A program made the translations under genes and the position numbers. Shown piece by piece: positions 9,719 to 19,294 of a DNA stretch of 42,150 nt. The notes under the pieces are model-generated. The model saw only the letters and a list, made by a program, of their open reading frames with translations. It was not told where the DNA came from and ran no database searches. The stretch is from the UHGV virus genome UHGV-0166076; one strand, 5' to 3'. The number at the start of each line of letters is the position of its first letter. Position 1 is the first letter of the stretch. The DNA comes from a virus.

Positions 9719-12506
9719 GGCTTCGTTCTCCTTTCAGTCTCATCTTCATGCTCTCTCGACTATCCAGCTCTTTCTGCGTAAATTCTGCCGTAACTCGTGC
9801 TGCTTCTCTTCCGTTGTACTCAACTGGTACAACAATTGTGTATGTAGCATTTCTGTTGTAGGAATAATCACCAGAAAGTTCAGGATTTCCGGCACCAGAA
9901 ACCCGCATTCTCATATCTGTAGACAGGATTGGAATCTCTACAATACTCTGCGTAGCCTCATCAACCTTTCTAGTCATCGACTCAATTCCAAGTGCAAATC
10001 CTTCACCTACATAGGCGCCCAACCCAACAAACACTCTTGATGGGCTGTGAATTTTCGCTTTTGCCCTGACTGCAGCATCTGCAGCCGCAGCCATTTGAGC
10101 CGCAACTGATCTAATATATCCTAATGTTGCCGACATACCATTTGCAAAACCTAACCCTATGTTGTATCCGCTACTGTATGCGCCGCTTGCACCAGAAGCA
10201 AGGGATGATAATACTGCAGATACAGTTTTGATTGCGACTGCCTGTGTTGGTTGGAGCCCGTTTTGCACACCCTCTTTTGCACTGTCCCCAAGTTTCTGTC
10301 CAGAGCTTCTCGCTTTTCCTGCACCGCTATCAAATGCACTTACAATAGATTTCACCGCGCTTTTTGCCTTGTTACCAAGCGCATCCAGCCCATCGTTTAC
10401 GATACTTACAGAATCTTTCATGCTTGTAATGGATTTCTGCGCTGTCTTTGCGTTCTTTGCAATGGATTTCATGCTGGAATTTACCGCCAATAATGCTGCT
10501 GCCATTGCCAGTACTCCAACACACGCCGCCGCAATTGCAACTCCAAATGCAACTACTCCGACCGTGACTCCAAGCACCGCAACGGCTACGGCAAGCAATC
10601 CAACCGCAAGGACGGCACAACCTGCCCCAGCTACAATCACACCAGCTCCAAATACCGTCATTGCAGCACCTAACGCCCCAATTGCTACAGATGCCTGCAA
10701 TCCATACTCAGCAACAATCGGAAGTACATTCGCCACAATCGCAAGACCTGTACTTGCAAGCAATACTGCTGCTCCAACAAGTGCCGCAGCCGCACCGAAT
10801 GCAATCAAGCCAACTGCCCCGGCCGTAAGGACAGGAGCCACCGCAGCCGCTACAACCATCAAGCCACCAATCGCTACAATCAAACCGAACATCACTGCGA
10901 TTGCAAGTGGACCTGCATTCGCCAAGGAAATTGCGGACATAGTTAATACGGCGATTCCGGCCGCTGCCAAAACAACAGCTGCGCCGAATGCAACAAATCC
11001 GGCTGCGCCAGAAGATAATGTCGGAGCTACCATTTTTGCAACAATCAAAAGACCTGCAATCGCTGCCACCATTCCAACTAAAACTGCAACCGCTAAAGGA
11101 CCCGAGTCCGCCACTGCCTTTGCCCCCTGGGAAAGCAGGAAAAACCCTGCACTAATCAGAGCGACACCTGCACCGAGCATCATAAACGCTTTCGCTGATT
11201 CCATAGTGCTTTTCACACTTTCTTTGCTCGACACGCCGACTTCTTTCTGCCCTTTGGAAATCCCAAATAATTTTCCGGCAATTTTGCTGATTCCTTTACC
11301 GGCAAGACCGGCAATTGCACTGGTAAATGCACCTACAAATGGAGCAACGCTTTTTGCAATCTTAAAGCCTTTATATGCAACGATTAGTTTTGGGAGTTCA
11401 GTGATCACTCTCGCAATGATATCTGCATGCTCTTCCAAGAATCCTGCAAACGCTTGGAGCGCATCCCCAGCTCCTTGAATCGCATCGCGGAACCCGTTCA
11501 CGCTCTCTGTAGAGCCAAATGCTGGAATAAGTTTTCCAAGTTCTTTTCGGATTGCTCCAAATGCATCCCCAAAAGCCCCAGAAACTTGAGAAGCCTCTCT
11601 TTTTAAGATTTTCCAATAGGATCCCAAGCGAATCATTGTTGCTGGAATCCAAGTCTGCAATCTGGAAAACGCGCTTTCTACTTTTCCGTTAAATTGATTG
11701 ATCGCATCCACAGCCTTACCTTTAACAAAAGAATCGTAAATGGACTGCATTCCGCTTGTCACCGTTGCTTCAAGGTTTCCCATTGCTCCTTCGAATGTCG
11801 TAACTGATTGCGCGGCTTCTCTTGCCATATCTGTCATCCCTATATTGTTCATCGCCTGCCCCAGAAGATCGGCTGTGATAGCTCCATCTTCCATTGCCTG
11901 TTTAAAATCCTCTCCTAAAATCGGATTCAATTTAATCAATTCTTTTCTTAATCCACCGGCAAGCTGCGGACTCGCATTGACGATCTGGTTCCAATCCTGC
12001 GCATGTAAAGCGCCAGATGCCATCGCCTGTGAAAATGCGAGTGCAACACTACTAAACTCCTGTGCGCCACCACCGAATACAGCAACTGCATTTCCAACGG
12101 ATTCCGTTAATTTCTCTGCGTCTTTAACCCCATTTGCAGACAGAGATCCAAAGGTTGACATTACATCCTGTAAAGAAAATACTGTTTTATCAGCATAGGT
12201 CTTTAGCGTTCCTGTTGCACCTGCGATTCTCTGTATTTCATCCTCAGCATATCCGCTAAACCGCATTGCCTGTTGTAGCTTTTGCATAGCGTCAGAAGTG
12301 TTGATCGTTTCTTTGGTCAGCCCAGAAAGGCTTCCGGACACGACAGATACAGCTTTTTGTCCAATTGCCATCATTGCTCCAAAGCCAATCCCACCCATAA
12401 GTGTACTTTTTAACTCTTTGGCTGATTTTGTGGCTGCTCCGAAAACAGATTTGAACCCCTTATCCTGTGCAGACAATATCGCCTTAACCGAAAAAGTTTC
12501 TGCCAT
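9711..12506 (-). CDS. Tail tape measure protein.
   Basis: 931 aa. Central hydrophobic, TM-rich block of about 235 aa containing two ~63-aa tandem repeats. Gene sits between the chaperone pair and Dit. Has a GAAAGGAG RBS. Confidence 0.9.
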   Translation of the reverse strand: MAETFSVKAILSAQDKGFKSVFGAATKSAKELKSTLMGGIGFGAMMAIGQKAVSVVSGSLSGLTKETINTSDAMQKLQQAMRFSGYAEDEIQRIAGATGTLKTYADKTVFSLQDVMSTFGSLSANGVKDAEKLTESVGNAVAVFGGGAQEFSSVALAFSQAMASGALHAQDWNQIVNASPQLAGGLRKELIKLNPILGEDFKQAMEDGAITADLLGQAMNNIGMTDMAREAAQSVTTFEGAMGNLEATVTSGMQSIYDSFVKGKAVDAINQFNGKVESAFSRLQTWIPATMIRLGSYWKILKREASQVSGAFGDAFGAIRKELGKLIPAFGSTESVNGFRDAIQGAGDALQAFAGFLEEHADIIARVITELPKLIVAYKGFKIAKSVAPFVGAFTSAIAGLAGKGISKIAGKLFGISKGQKEVGVSSKESVKSTMESAKAFMMLGAGVALISAGFFLLSQGAKAVADSGPLAVAVLVGMVAAIAGLLIVAKMVAPTLSSGAAGFVAFGAAVVLAAAGIAVLTMSAISLANAGPLAIAVMFGLIVAIGGLMVVAAAVAPVLTAGAVGLIAFGAAAALVGAAVLLASTGLAIVANVLPIVAEYGLQASVAIGALGAAMTVFGAGVIVAGAGCAVLAVGLLAVAVAVLGVTVGVVAFGVAIAAACVGVLAMAAALLAVNSSMKSIAKNAKTAQKSITSMKDSVSIVNDGLDALGNKAKSAVKSIVSAFDSGAGKARSSGQKLGDSAKEGVQNGLQPTQAVAIKTVSAVLSSLASGASGAYSSGYNIGLGFANGMSATLGYIRSVAAQMAAAADAAVRAKAKIHSPSRVFVGLGAYVGEGFALGIESMTRKVDEATQSIVEIPILSTDMRMRVSGAGNPELSGDYSYNRNATYTIVVPVEYNGREAARVTAEFTQKELDSRESMKMRLKGERSHV

Positions 12507-12510
12507 GCCA

Positions 12511-12825
12511 TCACTCTCCTTTCATCATTCTGCCGATTATGTCTAATCTTTCATTTTTCTTCTTGCGGCCCTTTATGCGATCCACTTCTTTTTCGTAATC
12601 AAAAAACTTCCTAAATCTCTGATAAACTGGCTTTGTCTTATTTTTTCCTACCCTTTTCTCTGCTTTCACTGCAAAATTCAGGAACGCCTGCAGATGGTTT
12701 CGGTAGTCCTTGTCTACTTCTCTTAGCTGCACAGCTTCCATAAGCAGGGTGTATTCCGGGATCGTCAACCTGTCCACTTCTTCAAAGCTCTTGAAACCTA
12801 GATATCGAAAGCAATTTAAGGCCAC
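12511..12825 (-). CDS. Tail assembly chaperone, downstream (GpT-like) frame.
   Basis: ORF begins at GTG but its frame stays open upstream across the end of 12849..13259, in the -1 frame. This is the classic G/GT arrangement between major tail protein and TMP. Confidence 0.5.
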   Translation of the reverse strand: MALNCFRYLGFKSFEEVDRLTIPEYTLLMEAVQLREVDKDYRNHLQAFLNFAVKAEKRVGKNKTKPVYQRFRKFFDYEKEVDRIKGRKKKNERLDIIGRMMKGE

Positions 12826-12848
12826 TTCTTTGTAGGATTCTTCAAAAT

Positions 12849-13259
12849 CTACATCATCAGCTCTCTTTTCCGTGCTTCTTCCTCTTCTATTCTCTGTTTC
12901 TCTTTCTCCACAGCATCCATAAGTTCTTTCGTTGTCCTCTTTGTAGCATTCGCACTCTTCAAGAAACCCATTACTGTATCTGTAAGATCATCGATATCTG
13001 TATTCTCGTCATCGATATAACCATCGAGCAGATTTCTTGTTACTCTTGGGTTCTGCCCTTTATTCGCAACGTCAAGAATATTCACAAGAGCTTCTGGATC
13101 TCCATCCATCAAATTCATAAGCGCGTACCGGAACCCTACATCTTTTTTAACTCCAGGTGCTCCATCTATCGGCACATTTGTCTGCTTGTTTATCTCTCTC
13201 AAAAATCCCATTCCAAAGTTAAACTGGTACACCTGTCCGTTAATTGTTAATTCCATCAT
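12849..13259 (-). CDS. Tail assembly chaperone (GpG-like).
   Basis: Start refined to MMELTINGQ behind a GGAGGA RBS. Position and size typical of this chaperone. Confidence 0.55.
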   Translation of the reverse strand: MMELTINGQVYQFNFGMGFLREINKQTNVPIDGAPGVKKDVGFRYALMNLMDGDPEALVNILDVANKGQNPRVTRNLLDGYIDDENTDIDDLTDTVMGFLKSANATKRTTKELMDAVEKEKQRIEEEEARKRELMM

Positions 13260-13381
13260 TTTTAATTCCTCCATTAAAAAGAGAGCGGTCTTGCCGCCCT
13301 CTATGTACATGATCTATTCTTTTCCTACTTTTGCCTTTCCTACTTTACCTCTGCCGATTAAGGCTACATCGTCAGAGGGCA

Positions 13382-13909
13382 TTATTCCCCCTCTTTCACG
13401 CTGTCCTTAAACACGTAATTCGCGATTTCCTGCTGCTGCGTTGTCACGGTTACATCTCCGCGTTTTCCAGAACCATTGATCCCAAATGTCAACGATACTT
13501 CAACCATATCTTCTGCGGATGATGTAATTTCAAATTCCGTAAGATACCCTTGGAAATACATGCCTTTGAATTTATTCGGTCCTCCATCTGCCGGTTCATC
13601 AAGGTTCGCCTCCCAGATTTCAATCAGTTCGTCTCCGTCCATTGCATCTTCAAGTTCGTTAACTGTTTTATCACCTTTTGCTAAGATACTGGTTGCCGTG
13701 ATTTCTACCTCTGCCGCTCCGGGTGTTCGGATAGCACCGTCCTTTGTCGCGGTGGAGTCCGCATCCTTGCTTTTTGTTCTTCCATTCTCTGTCGTAAACG
13801 CAAGATTTTTTCCAGCTTCTTTAGAAGCGTTTTGGGCAAGGCGGTATAAATACACAATTTTTTTACCGGCCACCGCCTCTGCAAATAACTGTAGTCCTGT
13901 TTTAAACAT
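13382..13909 (-). CDS. Major tail protein (phi13-like family).
   Basis: 175 aa (MFKTGLQLFAEA...). Lies upstream of the chaperone pair. Confidence 0.65.
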   Translation of the reverse strand: MFKTGLQLFAEAVAGKKIVYLYRLAQNASKEAGKNLAFTTENGRTKSKDADSTATKDGAIRTPGAAEVEITATSILAKGDKTVNELEDAMDGDELIEIWEANLDEPADGGPNKFKGMYFQGYLTEFEITSSAEDMVEVSLTFGINGSGKRGDVTVTTQQQEIANYVFKDSVKEGE

Positions 13910-13922
13910 ACTTTTCTCCTCT

Positions 13923-14306
13923 CTAACTAAAACTAAATTCTATTTCCAGCAACCCGTGCAAGAGTGGCTGCTTTGTACTCTTATCCGGCAAAATCCTTTG
14001 ATTTACATGCCGGACATCCCATGCAAAATTTTCTGTATGATCCAATTTTCTGCATGTATTTTTGATCGCCAACAACATTTTTGATACCGTTCCCCTCTGT
14101 CTTGGATTGTTGTGCCATATATGGATTGTCTGATGGACACTTCCAAAGACAGCGGTTTTATTGGCATCATCTATCTGGTGGTTGTCTGCGAGATAAATAA
14201 AAGGATATGGCGTACCATCCGGCGGCAAAAAGCCATCGTATACGTCATATCCTAATGATTTGATTTCTGTAAGTAATTTTGTAAATAACTCTTGCTGTGG
14301 ATCCAT
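13923..14306 (-). CDS. Tail completion / tail-component protein.
   Basis: 127 aa in the head-tail joining gene block. Confidence 0.45.
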   Translation of the reverse strand: MDPQQELFTKLLTEIKSLGYDVYDGFLPPDGTPYPFIYLADNHQIDDANKTAVFGSVHQTIHIWHNNPRQRGTVSKMLLAIKNTCRKLDHTENFAWDVRHVNQRILPDKSTKQPLLHGLLEIEFSFS

Positions 14307-14309
14307 ATA

Positions 14310-14648
14310 TCACCTCACAAGCTTTTGCAAATCTTTTTCAAACTGTTTCTTCTGTTCCTCAAATGCAGGGTTCAAATATGGCTGCGCTTCCATAAAGCGG
14401 GTTCCAAACTCCACATAAGGCGCGTACTCTGCTGTGGGCTCTACTGTAGCAGTCATTCCGCCGTCAGATACTTCTATTCCGATACTTCTTTTCAAAGTTC
14501 CAGTATCAACCGGTGCGTTCCTCTGCGCTTTTCTTTGCATATCAGAACCATTCTTTTTCACGACCGTCTTGACCGCACTCATATCCATTCGCTTTCTTAA
14601 GCCTTTATTCAACTTTGCAATTCCTTCAAATTTTACTGTAGCCATCAC
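14310..14648 (-). CDS. HK97 gp10-family head-tail adaptor protein.
   Basis: Contains VDTGTLKRSIG...YAPYVEFGTRFMEAQPYLNPA, typical of the HK97 gp10 family. Confidence 0.65.
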   Translation of the reverse strand: MMATVKFEGIAKLNKGLRKRMDMSAVKTVVKKNGSDMQRKAQRNAPVDTGTLKRSIGIEVSDGGMTATVEPTAEYAPYVEFGTRFMEAQPYLNPAFEEQKKQFEKDLQKLVR

Positions 14649-14947
14649 TGCACCTCCGATACTACAAACACATGCTTCGTTCGCAGTTTTCGTTCAAAAT
14701 CCACTCTGTACAGTTTCCTTCCAACACGGATCCTGTGAAATAGCTCCGTATAGTGCGTCTGTAGTTGGATGGTCAAACTCCCTTGCTTAATCTCACCGTA
14801 AACTAAATTCATCGTTTCTGTACCAGTATCAGAAACACACCCATACCGTTTTGTTTCGGTTGTATAATCTTCCGCATAATCTCCCGTTGTAGGATTATAC
14901 ACTCCTTGTACTACCGTTTGAAAGAATACAGGTTTATCATATCTCAT
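14645..14947 (-). CDS. Head closure protein (SPP1 gp16-like).
   Basis: 100 aa, position and size typical. Overlaps its neighbours by 4 nt. Confidence 0.55.
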   Translation of the reverse strand: MRYDKPVFFQTVVQGVYNPTTGDYAEDYTTETKRYGCVSDTGTETMNLVYGEIKQGSLTIQLQTHYTELFHRIRVGRKLYRVDFERKLRTKHVFVVSEVQ

Positions 14948-15270
14948 AAAAACCGAATCCTTCCTTTCTTAATCCCGCCTATGGAATCAAGATACGCCTG
15001 TATCTCCTCCATATAGGGAGCAAAGTCATTTTCTAAATAGGATGTGCTCTCTCCCGCTACAGTATGGGTTGACATTCCCTCTGACCCAATACGATTAAAA
15101 CGGATCACCGCTACATCTGTGACAATATGCTGCATACTCGGCGGTACTTCCATACCGCCAAGAAGCAGTTTTAGTCGATTTTTTACAGATTCCAGAATCA
15201 ACAAAAGCTTTTCATCAGAATCCCTGTCAGAACTGTCAATCCCCAAAAGGATTTTCAAGTCGTCTAACAT
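14944..15270 (-). CDS. Head-tail connector / DNA-packaging protein (gp15/gp6-like).
   Basis: 108 aa, directly downstream of the major capsid gene. Confidence 0.55.
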   Translation of the reverse strand: MLDDLKILLGIDSSDRDSDEKLLLILESVKNRLKLLLGGMEVPPSMQHIVTDVAVIRFNRIGSEGMSTHTVAGESTSYLENDFAPYMEEIQAYLDSIGGIKKGRIRFL

Positions 15271-15283
15271 CTCATCACCTCAT

Positions 15284-16486
15284 TTATTGAGACACGATCA
15301 CTGCACTGCCTTTTGCAACAGCTTTAAACCCAGGATCTGCTTCCACAATTGTCAGATGCTCTCCATTTGTTCCATCAATTTCAGAAACTCCGTCCCATTT
15401 CTTCCATGTTTTCACATCCATTCCATAAGTTACTGCTTCCGCGCTCCCGGCTTTCACTTTATACTTCCAGCAGTTATTCATAGATGACAATTGCTTATCT
15501 ACAGATGGAAGAGTCTTTCCATTTTCAGAACCCTTCACAGATGCTACTTTTAGTTCCCCAAGTTTCTGTGTATTTTCACCGCCTACCGACATATATGCAA
15601 TGGCATCCATATACTCGCAAAAAATACGAAGCCCCATAATTGCAAACATATCTGAAATCGCTCTTTCATAAGTTCCCTGAGCATGAAATCCGATGAACCC
15701 AGTTGCTGAATCCGTAGTATATGACAGTCCGGCTTTTACAAACTCGGAATCTGCTGGATCCACATAGTATGCGATCATATTGTTTAGTGGGGTTGCAATT
15801 ACTGTTTTTTCTGGAATTTCTGATGTTACAAATACGACATCTGCACCAAGGAAGTTTTTAATGTACGACATTCCAAACGAAGTCTGCAATGTGATATCGG
15901 CTGCTCCGACATATCTATAAACATCCAAAGTATTCACCCATACTGCAATCCCTGTAGCTGTTCTGTTCATGCTCTCAAATTTTTCTTTCACCTTTCCAAT
16001 GGACATTGCGATCGCCATCTGCCATGTAGTTTCATGCCCTACAAGTGACCCGGCCTTTAACTGAGCATACAACTTTTCTTTGACTTTATTCTGTAGATCT
16101 GATTGAAACTCCTCATCCGTAGACTGCACCGCAGCATCATACCCTTTCTCCGCAATCGCTTCTATAGATACAGCTTTTCTGTATTTTTCAATTTTGATTG
16201 TATCGAACGGTGTTTCCTCCACAGTATACTGAGATAATGGAATCTCTTCTCCCTCTCCAACATCTCCAGATTTTAACTCACCTTTCACAGTCTTTGTTTT
16301 CAAAACTGTTCCATTTGCTTTGCGAATCATCCGTGTAATCCCAAGAACATCCAACAAATCCTGAATATTCTTTCCAAAACTCGTTACAAAATCAATTTCA
16401 CGTGCTCTGACCTGGATCTGTGCCTGTCCGGTCATACCTTCTGGAGCTGCAAATACCTGTAATCCTAAATTTCCAATATCATGCAT
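15284..16486 (-). CDS. Major capsid protein (HK97 fold), possibly with a C-terminal Ig-like domain.
   Basis: 400 aa, downstream of scaffold and Prp, with a strong RBS. Confidence 0.7.
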   Translation of the reverse strand: MHDIGNLGLQVFAAPEGMTGQAQIQVRAREIDFVTSFGKNIQDLLDVLGITRMIRKANGTVLKTKTVKGELKSGDVGEGEEIPLSQYTVEETPFDTIKIEKYRKAVSIEAIAEKGYDAAVQSTDEEFQSDLQNKVKEKLYAQLKAGSLVGHETTWQMAIAMSIGKVKEKFESMNRTATGIAVWVNTLDVYRYVGAADITLQTSFGMSYIKNFLGADVVFVTSEIPEKTVIATPLNNMIAYYVDPADSEFVKAGLSYTTDSATGFIGFHAQGTYERAISDMFAIMGLRIFCEYMDAIAYMSVGGENTQKLGELKVASVKGSENGKTLPSVDKQLSSMNNCWKYKVKAGSAEAVTYGMDVKTWKKWDGVSEIDGTNGEHLTIVEADPGFKAVAKGSAVIVSQ

Positions 16487-16502
16487 ATCTTCTTTCTCTC
16501 CT

Positions 16503-17135
16503 TTATTGAAATAATGTCATGTTTTCTGCAATTAACTTCTGTCTTTCAGATGGATTTTTAATTGCCAGAATCTGATCTTTTGTCATTGTTCCTTTTCCGC
16601 CAGTCCCAACTTTTGGCGTATTTCCTTTTAAAGCATCCTTTACTGCAGCCTGTATTGCTGCTTTATACAACTTCGTAAATGATTCTACTGCTTCTTTTGT
16701 TTTTTCAGCATCCTCACTTACAAGATGGGAAAGCAATTCATCCGGAAGGTTGATTTCTTCCTCTGCCAGCATCTTTCTTGCTGTCTTTGCCATATCTGAA
16801 AGAGCATTCTGGCGTTTCAGATCGCTCAGTTCTTTCTCCAGCTTATTTGCCCTGTATTCAGCCTTCTCCTCTTTTGTCATCTGCGCCAGACGTTCTGCTT
16901 CAGACATTTTATCGTCCGTCAACGCTTTCCATTTCTGTTGGGCATTTGCTACCGCAGTCTGAGTTGCTTTCTGCACACGCCTATCAAATTCTGCCTGATT
17001 TCCACCTTGCTTTAAAAAATCATCAAAAGATAACGGATGATTTTTATCACCAGATCCCCCATTTCCTACTCCGTCTCCGTTTGCGTGTACGCCACCGTCT
17101 CCGTCGCCTTCTGCAAAAATCTGTAATTTTGCCAT
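16503..17135 (-). CDS. Scaffolding protein (GP20-like).
   Basis: Start refined to MAKLQIFAEGDG, with the RBS inside the longer ORF. Charged alpha-helical protein with the C-terminus KNPSERQKLIAENMTLFQ, typical of GP20-like scaffold proteins. Confidence 0.6.
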   Translation of the reverse strand: MAKLQIFAEGDGDGGVHANGDGVGNGGSGDKNHPLSFDDFLKQGGNQAEFDRRVQKATQTAVANAQQKWKALTDDKMSEAERLAQMTKEEKAEYRANKLEKELSDLKRQNALSDMAKTARKMLAEEEINLPDELLSHLVSEDAEKTKEAVESFTKLYKAAIQAAVKDALKGNTPKVGTGGKGTMTKDQILAIKNPSERQKLIAENMTLFQ

Positions 17136-17261
17136 TGGTACTCTCCAACAACTCAATAACTTTTTATGTTTCATCTCATGTTTCCTTCCTGCCCCAACCC
17201 GTTCAATTAAGCCCAGGTCATTGCTCGAATCTTAGTTTTACGACTTTTCGGTCGCATCAAG

Positions 17262-17549
17262 TTACACCACCCGAACACATTCCGGGAATTCATCAGCAAT
17301 CATACTGACTCCAATGAAAAAGGAATCCACCAGAGTCTTTCCTTTCTCTGATAGATTCCTGTATTCTATCTCAGCCCTTCCGGGAGATACCCTATATTCT
17401 ATTTCATCACCTGCTAGGTCCTTAATGGACTGGATCAGTGTCTGCATAAGCGCTGTAACTCCTGCGCACACAATATCTTTCCCTAGTTCTGCGTACCCGG
17501 CATGACCAGAAATTTCCATTTGCTCTGGCCGAATTCTTACTTCAATCAA
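17262..17549 (-). CDS. Prp-like cysteine protease (ribosomal-processing protease homologue used by phages to trim capsid/scaffold N-termini).
   Basis: 95 aa with ISGHAGYAELGKDIVCAGVTAL (His...Cys dyad). Confidence 0.65.
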   Translation of the reverse strand: MIEVRIRPEQMEISGHAGYAELGKDIVCAGVTALMQTLIQSIKDLAGDEIEYRVSPGRAEIEYRNLSEKGKTLVDSFFIGVSMIADEFPECVRVV

Positions 17550-17612
17550 ATCACATCACCTCCAAAATTGGTATAAAAATACCACCAGCCTTTTTCTGAC
17601 TAGTGGTATCTA

Positions 17613-17786
17613 TCTTAGATTCAAATAACCATTTTCATAAAGAAAATCAATTTCTTCTACTGTGAGTTTACTGACTGGATTTTCCCAGCCGTCATCTTCT
17701 GTTTTTAAATCCGGTATCTCTATTTCTGTTGGACTGCACCCTAACTTTTCGCATATTCTCTTATATTCTTTCTCTTTATCCATCAT
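17613..17786 (-). CDS. Small hypothetical protein (57 aa).
   Basis: Not in the ORF track because it is under 60 aa. ATGA overlap with the stop of the minor head gene. Translation: MMDKEKEYKRICEKLGCSPTEIEIPDLKTEDDGWENPVSKLTVEEIDFLYENGYLNLR. Confidence 0.35.
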
Positions 17787-19294
17787 AACACCTTCATTTC
17801 AACACCTGAATCATAAAACATATTTTCTACAGAATCAGTATATCCTTCTTTTTCCATTCTTTCAAGGGCATAGTTGCAAATTATCTTATTAAATCTTTTT
17901 TCATCAACAGAATACTGAAAAATCTTGCCGTCATGACATACAACAACCCCACATTTATATTTCCTCTGCAAGCAAGCCAGTATATCTCCCATACTCGGAA
18001 CACTGCTTCCTGGATGATTATGTATTCCAATGATGGTATACAGTTCCGCATTTTTCAGCATTGCATCCATTTTCTTATTCGGCTTTGCGCGACTTTCAAC
18101 ATCATAATCCTTGTTGATTTCATATTTTCCGGTTTTCCCATCAATATATGCTAAATCTTCAAATTTTGTTCCCGACCTGTGGAATAACATGTCTTTCGAA
18201 ATCTTCCATATATTTCTATTAACCTTTGTTGTATTAGACATCTTATCAACTCGTCTTCTGTACTCCGGAGAATTGATGAGATTTGAGTCAACAACCGTAT
18301 TTTTGTACTTATACTTCCTTTTACTTTCTTCTTTCTCTCTACTGTTTTTCCATTCATCAAAGTTCATTCCATGCTCAGAATATCCATTCAGCCATTCATG
18401 ATACTCCTTATCATCCATATATGCCGCAGTGCTGCACCTACATCTGGGATGCATCGGAGGGGCGTTGGCTCCAGGCATCATTTTGGAAACTTTAAATTGC
18501 TTCTCATCCAGCCCTTTGCAAATTGGACAGGCATCTCCTAGTGCAAGAAACGTATATTCATCAAACCCGTTCTTTTCAAAAGATTGTTTCTGCGCTTCTG
18601 TCTGCACCCTTGCAAGTTCTGTTACCATCAGACGCTCCGCGTTGCTCTGACTGACTCCGAATCGTTTTCTGAGATGTGTTGCCAATTTTTTCGGATTTTG
18701 CCCTTGGATAAGTCCAATTTGCAATAACTTGGCTAACTCCGATTTTAACATATCTTGGTACATCCAGATGCGATCTGAAAAAGTCGCATTGCGAAAAGAT
18801 GCATTGACAATAACTCTTGCCTTTTTGGCATTATTTTGTACGGTTTTTCCAAGGATGCCAGCCTGACGCTTCAACTCCTTTTCTGTCCGATCATACAAAA
18901 TCTGATCAAACAGCTTATCTATTTCATCGAATCCGGCTACCATTTCAAGTCCGATCTGAGCTTTCAGAAGTTCCAGCCTGTTTACTTTCATTGTGAGATT
19001 GTAAAGACGCATTTCCGCATTTGCCTTGTCAGAAAATTCTTTATCTTTCACATATTCCTTTGCCTTTCTTGCATAAGATTCAATATCCAATTTCGCAACT
19101 CTTTTCTTCGCTTCTGAAAGAGTGATTCCTTCTTTCCTTGCATATCGGACATAAAAACCATTGATCTGTTTTTCAATCTCATCCATCATATTCTGATAGA
19201 TTTCATCTAATTGTTCCCTAAACTCCTTTTCTTCCTGTACATTATGTTTCTTCTGCTCTGCTTCTCTTTCTTTCCAGTACTCCTGACTGCTCAC
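17783..19294 (-). CDS. Minor head protein (Mu F / SPP1 gp7 family) with a C-terminal RadC/JAB-like domain.
   Basis: Central region has CPICKGLDEKQF...PMHPRCRCS, the Mu F signature. The C-terminal ~200 aa contain IIGIHNHPGSSVPSMGD, matching the JAMM/RadC HxH...S..D pattern. Start is probably the GTG at 19294, behind a GGAGG RBS. Confidence 0.8.
   Translation of the reverse strand: MSSQEYWKEREAEQKKHNVQEEKEFREQLDEIYQNMMDEIEKQINGFYVRYARKEGITLSEAKKRVAKLDIESYARKAKEYVKDKEFSDKANAEMRLYNLTMKVNRLELLKAQIGLEMVAGFDEIDKLFDQILYDRTEKELKRQAGILGKTVQNNAKKARVIVNASFRNATFSDRIWMYQDMLKSELAKLLQIGLIQGQNPKKLATHLRKRFGVSQSNAERLMVTELARVQTEAQKQSFEKNGFDEYTFLALGDACPICKGLDEKQFKVSKMMPGANAPPMHPRCRCSTAAYMDDKEYHEWLNGYSEHGMNFDEWKNSREKEESKRKYKYKNTVVDSNLINSPEYRRRVDKMSNTTKVNRNIWKISKDMLFHRSGTKFEDLAYIDGKTGKYEINKDYDVESRAKPNKKMDAMLKNAELYTIIGIHNHPGSSVPSMGDILACLQRKYKCGVVVCHDGKIFQYSVDEKRFNKIICNYALERMEKEGYTDSVENMFYDSGVEMKVL

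Noticed and set aside
10159-11478. Long plus-strand ORF (439 aa, Ala/Thr/Pro-rich) antisense to the tape measure gene.
   Set aside because: It mirrors the GC-rich Ala/Val/Gly codon repeats of the TMP hydrophobic module. It has no RBS and lies entirely inside a well-supported gene, so it is a compositional artefact.
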